Shown: piece after piece, positions 1 to 8,380 of the stretch
How the letters are laid out: each line of letters opens with the position of its first letter
Numbering within the stretch: position 1 is the stretch's first letter
DNA from: Candidatus Kapaibacterium sp.
GTDB taxonomy: Bacteria > Bacteroidota > Ignavibacteria > Kapaibacteriales > Kapaibacteriaceae
NCBI GenBank assembly: GCA_044345485.1
Contig: JBIJAX010000004.1
Span: forward strand, 4,144 to 68,143
Reading direction: 5' to 3'
DNA length: 64,000 nt
Translations under genes and position numbers: made by a program
The notes under the pieces: model-generated
What the model was told of the DNA's origin: nothing
Database searches by the model: none
Seen by the model: the letters and a program-made list of their open reading frames with translations, nothing else

Positions 1-198
1 AAAGCGTAGTGCTACGCGAAACGCCTTTAGGTTCTTTGGCAGTCTAGTGAGAGAGGACTAGTGTGCTCTATTCAATGTGCAATGGACATGGTGGAGGGTT
101 TCCGTAGTTGTTCCTTGGAGATGAAAGCTCTAAGGAATAATGCCCCCTCCCGAACCACTCTCGGAACCACGTCAAGTGGTTGGATACAAACGATGTTT

Positions 199-240
199 GA
201 CCCTCTAAACCCAACGGTTTCAGAGGGTCTTTCTGTTTCT
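199..240 (+). terminator. Rho-independent terminator-like hairpin
   Basis: GACCCTCT(AAAC) at 199-210 pairs with (GTTT)cAGAGGGTC at 217-229 around a 6-nt loop. It is followed by TTTCTGTTTCT. It lies in a stretch with no credible ORF. Confidence 0.5.
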
Positions 241-288
241 ACTCGTTTTCCTTATTCGTAAGGACTTACAGAGAGAGAAACGAGAAAA

Positions 289-316
289 AGTACCACACTT
301 TTAGTACCACACTTTT
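289..316. repeat. Perfect tandem duplication of the 14-nt unit AGTACCACACTTTT
   Basis: Read directly: AGTACCACACTTTT at 289-302 and again at 303-316. Each unit sits inside an AAAAGT-N5-ACTTTT palindrome. Confidence 0.9.
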
Positions 317-461
317 TGACCTGTTCAGAGAGTGTAGGTGTGAGGGTCTCGTCAGTCCCGATTCGTGATACTAAGCTGCTTGAACTGGCGTAATAACGCC
401 GGCCGTGCATGATCAAAGCGTTTCTCTGCCAGCACATCTTGCGATTTCCCAACCCTCCAAC

Positions 462-483
462 TGTCAACTAACTGGGGGGAAGA
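462..483. repeat. Left copy of a perfect 22-bp inverted repeat (TGTCAACTAACTGGGGGGAAGA)
   Basis: It is the exact reverse complement of 1606-1627. Identity stops at both edges of the 22-mer. Confidence 0.9.
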
Positions 484-554
484 TCAGTTGTGAAGGATTA
501 TCCGATAAAAACTGAGATGATGTAATGACAGAGAGGGACACTCGTTTTTCTAAC

Positions 555-585
555 GTAAAAAGGGCAGGTGAATGACACCTACCCC
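555..585 (-). terminator. Terminator hairpin downstream of the 616-1299 gene
   Basis: GGGCAGGTG (562-570) pairs with CACCTACCC (576-584) with one mismatch. On the minus strand the stem is followed by TTTTTAC. Confidence 0.55.
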
Positions 586-615
586 TGTTTCGTTTACGAA
601 CAATCTATCGTTGTC

Positions 616-1299
616 TCAATACAATTCACCATCGTCAGGTGAGTCTGTATCGTAGTAAGTGTACTCGTCCTGTCCATCATAGGCACGGTAGTTTGACCTC
701 TTGAATCTAAACTCTCGCAATATTGATGACAATGTCCCCTGAACTTCTGCCTTGTTCTTGTTATTGAAGAAACTACCACCCGTGAGGTTGATGACGGTAT
801 TTCCCTTCCCACCACCAGATACCTCAATGTTGCTTTCCCACAGTTTCTTCCTTGCGATTTCGATATAATTTTTTCTAATCTGGGGAAGTTCTTTGACCTG
901 TGTCCTCGATACCAGTTTCTTCAACTCATTTGCAAGTTTCACATCATTGGGGTTTGAAGAACTGAGTCCTTCTTTTACCATCTCACTCCATGACGTGAAG
1001 AGCACTGTTACTAGTTGGAGATTGACTATCTCTTTTCCATAGTATGAAGTAAAGTCAATACCCTTCTTGATACTCTCGATCTCCTTGGTCAATCTTGAGT
1101 CGAGTGATGGTTTGTCCTTGGTAACCTCCGAAGTCGCAGACACCGAGTCCTTTGGTGACGACGTTCCTGACTCGATGTTGTTTCCCTTTGGAATAATTGC
1201 AATTATAACAAGTACCCCAAGAGTGATTAGAAACCACTTCTTTTTATAAAATGGTTTCTTAGATCCATCGTTATGCACTTCCATTTGAACTCCATACAA
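616..1299 (-). CDS. Hypothetical single-pass membrane protein, no recognised domain
   Basis: 227-aa ORF with an N-terminal KKKWFLITLGVLVIIAII transmembrane segment. The DNA is AT-rich relative to its neighbours. It has its own terminator and sits inside the 22-bp inverted-repeat pair. Confidence 0.6.
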   Translation of the reverse strand: MYGVQMEVHNDGSKKPFYKKKWFLITLGVLVIIAIIPKGNNIESGTSSPKDSVSATSEVTKDKPSLDSRLTKEIESIKKGIDFTSYYGKEIVNLQLVTVLFTSWSEMVKEGLSSSNPNDVKLANELKKLVSRTQVKELPQIRKNYIEIARKKLWESNIEVSGGGKGNTVINLTGGSFFNNKNKAEVQGTLSSILREFRFKRSNYRAYDGQDEYTYYDTDSPDDGELY

Positions 1300-1605
1300 G
1301 TATGTTATAGTAAGTATGAAGTAAACATACAGGAATGTAATTCATATAAACAACAACCGTCCATTATTCAACTACAGTTGATTGATTATGGTAACATTTT
1401 CTTACTACTTTTTCTGCCTTTCAACTCCTCATCTCATCGAAGTAAATCACTCTCCCTAATGAACTTCTTATTACTACTCACCTCAAAGAGTGGGAGTCCT
1501 CTACGGTGCAACAACAAGGACAATCACCGTTCACTCGTTTGCACCAACAAATAGATTATTTAGGAAATTGTAAAACCAACCGCGAGAAATATCACGAGAA
1601 TTTGC

Positions 1606-1627
1606 TCTTCCCCCCAGTTAGTTGACA
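1606..1627. repeat. Right copy of the perfect 22-bp inverted repeat (TCTTCCCCCCAGTTAGTTGACA)
   Basis: Exact reverse complement of 462-483. Confidence 0.9.
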
Positions 1628-1777
1628 ATAAGTCGATCTCCAATCACGTATTGGGGATGGAGGAAACAATGGGACATGATAGCCGGGCGATGTTCACCTT
1701 GTACCACGATAATCACATTTGATACGACATCAACTATCGTCAATTTGGCGCATCAATTATTCTAGGAACACATCTGC

Positions 1778-2422
1778 ATGCGCACCATCACCGTTGCTTT
1801 CATTCTCGCACTCCTCTCAGCAACTGTTGTACTTGCTCAAGGGGGCAAGTATATCGGTGGTTGGGGTGGTAAGGTTTCCATCGATATAGCCGGCGGACAG
1901 GTTGGAGGCACGGCTGAAGAATCAGAAGGAGAAGGAGAGTATGAAGGCGAAAGCGAGGGAGGTGATGGCTGGATGGGTGAAGGCACGCTGAAGTTGGATG
2001 TTTCCCAAGCTGGTGATGTGATAACGATTGGCTATAACATTGTAAATGATGGATCTGGACCTGGTATAGGTTCGTTTGTGTTAGATAGACAGACCCTTTC
2101 AACAACCGCTACAAAGTTGTCGGGCTCTACAAATTTGCTGTTCAAACGTCGGCCGTCATGTAATGAGGAAAACAGCTCTTCGCTGTCGATGCCATCGTCC
2201 GATTGTTGGGAGCGCGTATATGATACACGCCTGCAGCAGTCAACACAGGCTCTGCCGGCTGGTTACATCCGTGTTGCTGCCAGCGTTGATATTACGATTA
2301 CCGGAAAAGGCAAGGCAAAGGGAAGCATCACGATCGATAAGACTGAATATCAAACTGGTGGATCGGCTGATGCAACAAACACTGTTCTCAGTTTCGACGG
2401 TCTAGCAAAACGTAAGATCTAG
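1778..2422 (+). CDS. Hypothetical secreted protein with an acidic Gly/Glu-rich stretch
   Basis: Signal peptide MRTITVAFILALLSATVVLAQ, then EESEGEGEYEGESEGGDG. No recognised domain. Confidence 0.6.
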   Translation: MRTITVAFILALLSATVVLAQGGKYIGGWGGKVSIDIAGGQVGGTAEESEGEGEYEGESEGGDGWMGEGTLKLDVSQAGDVITIGYNIVNDGSGPGIGSFVLDRQTLSTTATKLSGSTNLLFKRRPSCNEENSSSLSMPSSDCWERVYDTRLQQSTQALPAGYIRVAASVDITITGKGKAKGSITIDKTEYQTGGSADATNTVLSFDGLAKRKI

Positions 2423-3468
2423 GGCATCCGTATAAACGATGCCATTCTGATGTGCCGACCGTCTGTAACAACGACCGTATATGATCCAGTGGCGAGCTGG
2501 CGCACGTCGATGTGTACGTTAGTTCCAGAACTCACCATTGGACATTCCATGAGTTCGCCGATTGAATTGATCACCGAGATGTTCTCTGGTTCCGCACGTA
2601 GCCCCTTCACTGCAATCACATCAGCATATGATGGCGATGGTACCACCAGCAGAGCATTATCAGGATCTTCATGCACGTCTGTTGGTTCGGTGTAACGTCT
2701 GTAGCGAACAGAACGTTGATTGAACGGACCAAACAGCGTTACATTATTGGCGTTCACTACAGTCGTTGTTGATTCTTCGATAATGAATAGTGGAACATTG
2801 GACGACACTTCTTGCCATGATGTTTTGCGAGTAGTGGTCTTTATCGATCCCTTTTGCACTCCGAGCGTAATCTCCGCTGTCATCGAATCACGTTGGGTTA
2901 TGCGAGCAACATTGGTGTAGGTACGATCAGGTAGTGCTAGCTGACCAAACCCATCATATATGTATGCGTGAGAGCCTGTGACGTTCTTCGCTCCGGGAGT
3001 TGGGAATGGTGACTGTAGTGTGCCAATGAAAACGTCAGACGATGGATCGTTGAACACGATCTCCACTGGCCGCACATCGTATGGGTCTGCCCCTGCTAGC
3101 ATTTCGGTATTGGGTGTAATCCAACCATCGAGACGCCATTTATTGTCAACTGTGCGATAGATGTACGTGGTTGTATCGTCGATAACCACAACCTCTGCAT
3201 TGGGAAAGCGCATACGTGCAACGGGTGTAAGTCCAGACTTGTCGGTGTAGGTCGTTGTGATCGAATCCGTTCCACGCCGCATCAGCGTAGAATAACTCCA
3301 ATCCTGTCCGGTACCAGGAGCACCAATGCGCACCCCTGTTGTATCGCACGGCACCATTGTAAAGCTCTTGAAAGGGGCTGGCAGGGTAGTCTTGCGAAGA
3401 ACCGGTTGCGCGAATACCACCATGCTTGTGCAGAGAAGAAGTACAGCGGCGTGAAGTAAGCGTATCAT
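2419..3468 (-). CDS. Hypothetical secreted protein with a T9SS C-terminal sorting domain
   Basis: Internal start MIRLLHAAVLLLCTSMVVFAQ gives a canonical signal peptide. The C-terminus ...NVHIDVRQLATGSYTVVVTDGRHIRMASFIRMP resembles a Por_Secre_tail domain. The ORF-track start at 3507 is an alternative. Confidence 0.7.
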   Translation of the reverse strand: MIRLLHAAVLLLCTSMVVFAQPVLRKTTLPAPFKSFTMVPCDTTGVRIGAPGTGQDWSYSTLMRRGTDSITTTYTDKSGLTPVARMRFPNAEVVVIDDTTTYIYRTVDNKWRLDGWITPNTEMLAGADPYDVRPVEIVFNDPSSDVFIGTLQSPFPTPGAKNVTGSHAYIYDGFGQLALPDRTYTNVARITQRDSMTAEITLGVQKGSIKTTTRKTSWQEVSSNVPLFIIEESTTTVVNANNVTLFGPFNQRSVRYRRYTEPTDVHEDPDNALLVVPSPSYADVIAVKGLRAEPENISVINSIGELMECPMVSSGTNVHIDVRQLATGSYTVVVTDGRHIRMASFIRMP

Positions 3469-3533
3469 GGATGCGAGCGATATCGTGAGCGAAGCTTTCC
3501 AACACAATAATCGGGAATACCGAGTCCGAAGAT

Positions 3534-3551
3534 ACCTTAATCAAACCTTAA
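3534..3551 (-). promoter_or_regulatory. Direct-repeat element TTAAGGTTTGATTAAGGT (read on the minus strand), copy 1
   Basis: Two TTAAGGT heptamers with 11-nt periodicity. It lies in the 99-bp divergent region between the 2419-3468(-) gene and the LuxR-type regulator (+). Confidence 0.6.
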
Positions 3552-3567
3552 TTGGCTATGTTGGGAT

Positions 3568-5319
3568 ATGCCCCGAATGTCGCCCCAGGCTCGCATAGAA
3601 GTGCAACTCAACTCTTGCCGTGAGTTGCAGTATGATCGCCCCCTCGAGGCGCTTGTATTCGCACAGGAAGCATTGGCCATTGCCAAGAAGTTTAAGCTCA
3701 AGGAACGGGCTTTGCACAGCCAGCGCATGATAGGAATATGCTACTTCGCTCATCATCAATACGATGTGGCACTCGAGCACTTCGAGACAACATTGCCGGG
3801 GTATCGCCGCATGAAAGATCGTGTTGGCGAGTCGAGAGCACTTCAGAATGTTGCCTTAACTCTTCGACAATTAGGACGCAATGAAGAGGCCATCGAGATG
3901 TTTCGTCAGTCCGAGCGCATTGTGCGAAGTCTTGGAGACGATTCGGTTCTGATGGCAATCCTCACGAGCGTAGGCAGTATGTACTCGGTTATCGGACGTC
4001 CGAAGGACTCGCTCCAGGCGTTTTCAGAGTGTTTGACCATTGCTGAACGTCTTGATGACGCTGGTATGCGCGCACGCATCACGGGTAATATTGCCGATGT
4101 GTATGCCGGAATCGGAGACACGTCAACATCGATCGAATGGTCGAGGCGCAGTCTCGAACTCCACCGCAGCAACGGCGATAACATGGGCGTTGGCCTTACG
4201 CTGTCGAATCTTGGGAGAGTCTACCAGCGTACCGGAGATCTCGATGCTGCCCTAGCAACGATGAGTGAGGCTCTTGTCGTGATGACCTCGCTTCATGATG
4301 TTCATGCACGAGGACGTATCATGATGTATCTGTCGACGATACTTCTGGCGAAACGTCGTTTTGCTCAGGCTCAGGCTATGTCGGAAGAGGCGCTCGATAT
4401 CTTTCGTCAGACAAACGATGCCGAACGCGAAGTCGGTTGTTTAATCACATCTGCCGAGATTTCATTACATCAAAAGGACCACGAGCGCGCTCACCGTTCT
4501 CTTGAGAGCGCTGCCAAGCGGATGCGCTCTATTGACAATGCGAACTTAGAAATCGAAATCCTTGAACATCAAGCAGCACTTCTTAACGCGAAGGGGGCTT
4601 GGCAGGAGGCTATCAAGAAGCTTAATCGTGGCAGTAAACTCGCAGAGCAGCAGATGATGCATAACCAGGTTTCGGAGTTGGAACGTCAGCTTGCTGTGCT
4701 CTACGAGGATCACCACGAGTATACAGCGGCGCTGCGTCACGAGCGTAAGGCCTCGGCTGCCCAGCAAGCAGCCGATGCAGAACTTCGTGCTCAACATAGC
4801 CAGGGTTTGCAGCTGCGTCTTGATATGGAGCGCGAGGCTCGCGAGCGGGAACGCATACAGGCAGCCAATGAGCGCCTTACGCTGCAGTTGAATACGAAAG
4901 AACGCGAACTAAACACCAATGTGCTCGCAATTGCGCAAAAGAATGAGCTCCTTAGTGAACTTGCTGCAGATCTGCAGCAAGCGGTTCGCAGCAACGATAC
5001 AGAGCGCATACAGCATCTGCGGGATGTTCTACGCAAGATCGATGTTCACCGTAGAACAGGAGAAGACTGGAAGAACTTCCAAGAGCAATTAGCAGATGTG
5101 CATGACACATTCATACGTGCGCTAACGTCAAAGCACCCAAGCCTAACAGCCAAAGAAGTACAGCTGGCGTCGTTTCTTAAGCTCAATCTCTCGTCGAAAG
5201 AAATATCTCAAGTTCTAAGTATTGGCGTTGCGTCTATAGAGGTGTACCGATCAAACCTTCGTAAAAAGCTAGGTTTATCAGGTGGTATGTCCCTAACAAC
5301 ATACATTCAATCATTGTAA
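3568..5319 (+). CDS. TPR-repeat / coiled-coil transcriptional regulator with a C-terminal LuxR(GerE)-type HTH
   Basis: N-terminal TPR-like repeats (e.g. ESRALQNVALTLRQLGRNEEAIEMF, GVGLTLSNLGRVYQRTGDLDAAL). The centre is Glu/Arg/Gln-rich coiled coil. The C-terminus LTAKEVQLASFLKLNLSSKEISQVLSIGVASIEVYRSNLRKKLGL matches the GerE/LuxR HTH pattern. Confidence 0.85.
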   Translation: MPRMSPQARIEVQLNSCRELQYDRPLEALVFAQEALAIAKKFKLKERALHSQRMIGICYFAHHQYDVALEHFETTLPGYRRMKDRVGESRALQNVALTLRQLGRNEEAIEMFRQSERIVRSLGDDSVLMAILTSVGSMYSVIGRPKDSLQAFSECLTIAERLDDAGMRARITGNIADVYAGIGDTSTSIEWSRRSLELHRSNGDNMGVGLTLSNLGRVYQRTGDLDAALATMSEALVVMTSLHDVHARGRIMMYLSTILLAKRRFAQAQAMSEEALDIFRQTNDAEREVGCLITSAEISLHQKDHERAHRSLESAAKRMRSIDNANLEIEILEHQAALLNAKGAWQEAIKKLNRGSKLAEQQMMHNQVSELERQLAVLYEDHHEYTAALRHERKASAAQQAADAELRAQHSQGLQLRLDMEREARERERIQAANERLTLQLNTKERELNTNVLAIAQKNELLSELAADLQQAVRSNDTERIQHLRDVLRKIDVHRRTGEDWKNFQEQLADVHDTFIRALTSKHPSLTAKEVQLASFLKLNLSSKEISQVLSIGVASIEVYRSNLRKKLGLSGGMSLTTYIQSL

Positions 5320-5322
5320 TCA

Positions 5323-5375
5323 GTACCCCTGTACCCCTGTACCCCCGTACCCTCGTCCCTCGTCCCCAGTCCCCC
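5323..5375. repeat. Heptamer/octamer tandem repeat (GTACCCCT x2, GTACCCCC, GTACCCTC, GTCCCTC, GTCCCCA, GTCCCCC)
   Basis: Read directly. It begins 4 nt after the regulator's TAA stop. The complementary strand carries seven G-runs of 3-5 nt. Confidence 0.9.
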
Positions 5376-5379
5376 TGAC

Positions 5380-5397
5380 TTAAGGTTTCATTAAGGT
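5380..5397 (+). promoter_or_regulatory. Direct-repeat element TTAAGGTTTCATTAAGGT, copy 2
   Basis: Same 18-mer as at 3534-3551 and 9099-9116 except for the central base. It lies upstream of the VIT-vWA gene. Confidence 0.6.
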
Positions 5398-5464
5398 GCC
5401 ATGAGGCAATCCACCGGGTAGGTTGCATTCGTCAAGAACGAACAACATCTCGAAGGAGCGACCC

Positions 5465-7534
5465 ATGATCGCACGTAGTATACTCACTCTGATTCTCGTT
5501 GCAGTAGCATCGATACAAGCCTATGCGGTTGGCGCGCTCTTTGTGCGCCCCTTACGTTCAACGCAGACCTATCAGGCTATTGCCATTTCGAAGTACGACG
5601 TCAAAGTCAAGATTCAAGATCATGTTGCTACTACGTATGTAGACCAAGTATTCCGCAACGAACTCAACCAAGAGGTAGAGGCAACGCTGATCTTCCCGCT
5701 ACCAGAAGGTGCGGTGATCACTGAGCTGTACTATTGGTTTAACGGTATCCGATACAAGGGCAGCGTACGTGAGAAGAAGGAAGCCCAAGCAGCGTACGAT
5801 GCGAAGATCCGTCGCAGCATGGACCCAGCACTTCTGCAAGAGATTGGAGAAAATATTTTCAAGCTACAGATAGCCCCCATCTTTGGTATTAGTGATGTCC
5901 GCATCGAGATAACCTACACCGAGATTATGCCATTTGCCCTTGGTAAGTCTACCTACAAGCACTTGCTCAAGACGACGGGGCTATCACCAAAGCCCCTTCA
6001 GCAAATGAGTCTCACGATTGACGCAACTACGCAGTCTACATGGTCAAAGATCGAATCTCCATCGTATATCAACACCCCAGCTCATAGTATTCAGATGCTC
6101 TCAGATAAGGAAGCTCGGATCACGCTGGGTGATGAGAGCTTTGTGCCAACAAAGAACTACACGCTCGTGCTTACCGCAAAACGCACTGGCACGGAAATGG
6201 GCACCCTTACATATGTTCCTGTGCCATCTGATTCATTCGGTTCAAAGCCGTTCTTCCTAACCTGGGTTATTCCACCCGATACGGGCAATGTTGAGGTACC
6301 GCGGTCAGTGACGTTTGTAGCTGATGTATCGTCAAGTATGACGCCTAGACGTATGGATCAGTTGCGTATGGCTATGACGTCGTTCATTGAGCAGCTCAAT
6401 CCACGTGATCGATTCAACATTCTTACGTTCAGCACCAATGTTACATCTCTGAACGAAGATCTGATTGACGCAACAAGTGAGAACATTGAAAAGGCGCGAA
6501 CATTCATTCAACAGATGCGCGCGCTGGGTCTGACCAACATTAGCGAAGCTCTAAGGGCGGCAGTACAACAGAGCTACAATGCTGAAACAGCAAATGCCGT
6601 TGTATTCCTTACTGATGGCCAGCCATCCTTTGGTGAGCAGAATGAGACCGTCATACTCGACTCGCTCAAGAAGTGGAATCGTATGAACGTAACGATAAAC
6701 CCAATTACAATCGGAGAGGAATCAAGTATCGCGCTCATGAAGAATGTGGCACGACAGACAGGGGGCTACCTGACTGAGATTATGAATGATGATTCAATTG
6801 CGATTATCATACGCGACCATCTGCGCCGAATCGCAATGCCTAACCTTACGAATATGACGCTGGAGTACGGTGGATTGGTTACCTATGATGTTGAACCACA
6901 GGTGTTACCGAATGTCGGTGTTGGCGGACGCGTTATTCAAACAGGGCTCTACGAGAAGGGTGGTACGTATCCTGTAACACTTTTGGGCATGATCCTTGGC
7001 GTCAACTTCCGTCTCACGCAGGACGTTGTCTTCGGTGATCCTGCAACGAGTAATAAAGCGGTCGCAAGACTCTGGGCACGTGCGCGTGTGGACGCATTAC
7101 TCGAGCAGATTGCCAGGTATGGGGAGAAGAAAGAACTTGTCGATGCCATCATTCAGCTAAGTATTCAGTTCGGTATCCTCACAAAGTATACTGCCCTCTA
7201 TGCAGACCCTGACGATAAGAACACTTCCGTGAACTATTCAGGCGATAAACCAATCGAAGCAATTCAGATTGATGTAACTCCGCATCCTGCTACACTGAAC
7301 TCTTCGCTATCGGTCAACATCTCTTCGGCAATGTCGGGTCAGAGCATCACCATGCAGATCATAGATATGCTTGGACGCGTTGTTGCTGACCACACACAGT
7401 CCTTCGTGAATTTAGGAGTATGGACTCTACCTCTATCTGGATTCGATCTACGTCCAGGTACATACATCGTTGTCGTGCGCGTTGGCAACTCAACAACATC
7501 GCAGCCAATCATCGTAACTGAAGGGGCTCAATAA
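5465..7534 (+). CDS. VIT domain + von Willebrand factor A domain secreted protein with a T9SS C-terminal domain
   Basis: Signal peptide MIARSILTLILVAVASIQAYA. VIT-like region YDVKVKIQDHVATTYVDQVFRNE...ELYYWFNG. vWA MIDAS motif VADVSSSM with TDGQPS. The C-terminus ...GTYIVVVRVGNSTTSQPIIVTEGAQ is T9SS-CTD-like. An upstream TTG at 5423 is an alternative start. Confidence 0.85.
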   Translation: MIARSILTLILVAVASIQAYAVGALFVRPLRSTQTYQAIAISKYDVKVKIQDHVATTYVDQVFRNELNQEVEATLIFPLPEGAVITELYYWFNGIRYKGSVREKKEAQAAYDAKIRRSMDPALLQEIGENIFKLQIAPIFGISDVRIEITYTEIMPFALGKSTYKHLLKTTGLSPKPLQQMSLTIDATTQSTWSKIESPSYINTPAHSIQMLSDKEARITLGDESFVPTKNYTLVLTAKRTGTEMGTLTYVPVPSDSFGSKPFFLTWVIPPDTGNVEVPRSVTFVADVSSSMTPRRMDQLRMAMTSFIEQLNPRDRFNILTFSTNVTSLNEDLIDATSENIEKARTFIQQMRALGLTNISEALRAAVQQSYNAETANAVVFLTDGQPSFGEQNETVILDSLKKWNRMNVTINPITIGEESSIALMKNVARQTGGYLTEIMNDDSIAIIIRDHLRRIAMPNLTNMTLEYGGLVTYDVEPQVLPNVGVGGRVIQTGLYEKGGTYPVTLLGMILGVNFRLTQDVVFGDPATSNKAVARLWARARVDALLEQIARYGEKKELVDAIIQLSIQFGILTKYTALYADPDDKNTSVNYSGDKPIEAIQIDVTPHPATLNSSLSVNISSAMSGQSITMQIIDMLGRVVADHTQSFVNLGVWTLPLSGFDLRPGTYIVVVRVGNSTTSQPIIVTEGAQ

Positions 7535-8380
7535 TGATACTCCACAGCACTGGTCGGGGCATAACCATCGTAGTCCTTGCTATACTGCTTGGAACCTCTT
7601 CACTAGTAGCAAAAGGGTTTATTGGCTTTGCGTTAAGCACATTCACACCAACAAGCCTGCGTATAAACGCACAAACCAGCAATACCGTTACGATCACTGA
7701 CAGTATGATTTTTGCTCGGGGTGCAGGACTTGATGTATCGCATAGGCCAGAATTCGATTCGCTTACCATGAATGTGCTGAGTACAAAGCCCGCGAATGAT
7801 GATGGCTATGCCCTAATGATGGCTATACCACAATCACAGAATAGTTCAACTGATACTTTGCCAAAACGGTTCACCTTTGTGCTTGATCGTAGTGACTCGA
7901 TGTCGGCTGATTACAGATTGCATCGCGCTAAACAGGCAGCTCAATACTGCCTCCAGAATCTGGGCAGTGAAGATGTATTCAACGTGCTGACCTTTGATGA
8001 CGTCGTAGAGAAGTGCTTTACTGAACACCGTACAGCAACATCTTCCAACATTGACCAGGCATTGATATTCATCAACAACACGCACGCGCAATGGCACTGA
8101 GATCAACAATACATTGAAATCGGCCCTCGCTAATCACAAGGCAGGCAACTATGTAAATGTGATCATCTTCATGACTTATGGGGAGGCGTACATTGGCCAC
8201 GATCGTATTAGCAGGGCGAACACCAGTAGCTCACGGATCTTCGTATTTGGAGTTGATGACAACGTGAACAAGTCCGCTCTGGTAAAGATCGCTGAAGACA
8301 ATAACGGTAAAGCTGTGTTCTCAACCAGCTCTTCTCAGGCGCATGTCACATCACTTCAACGAATAGCTCTTGAGTGTTGA
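7534..8380 (+). pseudogene. vWA-domain protein, apparently split by a +1 frameshift near 8086-8092
   Basis: ORF 7534-8100 carries FTFVLDRSDSMS (MIDAS DxSxS). ORF 8114-8380 in the +1 frame continues with a vWA-like ...NGTEINNTLKSAL...VIIFMTYGEA...RIFVFGVDDNVN. The two pieces join into one domain if one nucleotide is skipped. Confidence 0.55.

Noticed and set aside
1-260. Possible tRNA, tmRNA, RNase P, 5S or SRP RNA fragment at the left edge
   Set aside because: I found none of the conserved cores: no GGTTCGAATCC-type T-arm, no tmRNA 3' end, and no RNase P or SRP conserved boxes. It remains unassigned and is reported only as a finding.
462-1627. The repeat-bounded segment as a classical insertion sequence
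   Set aside because: It contains no transposase-like ORF and has no direct target-site duplication flanking the 22-bp repeats. It is reported instead as an invertible or non-autonomous cassette candidate.
5323-5375. The heptamer arrays at 5323-5375 and 46299-46386 as possible CRISPR arrays
   Set aside because: The units are only 7-8 nt and contiguous, with no spacers. No cas genes are in the window.
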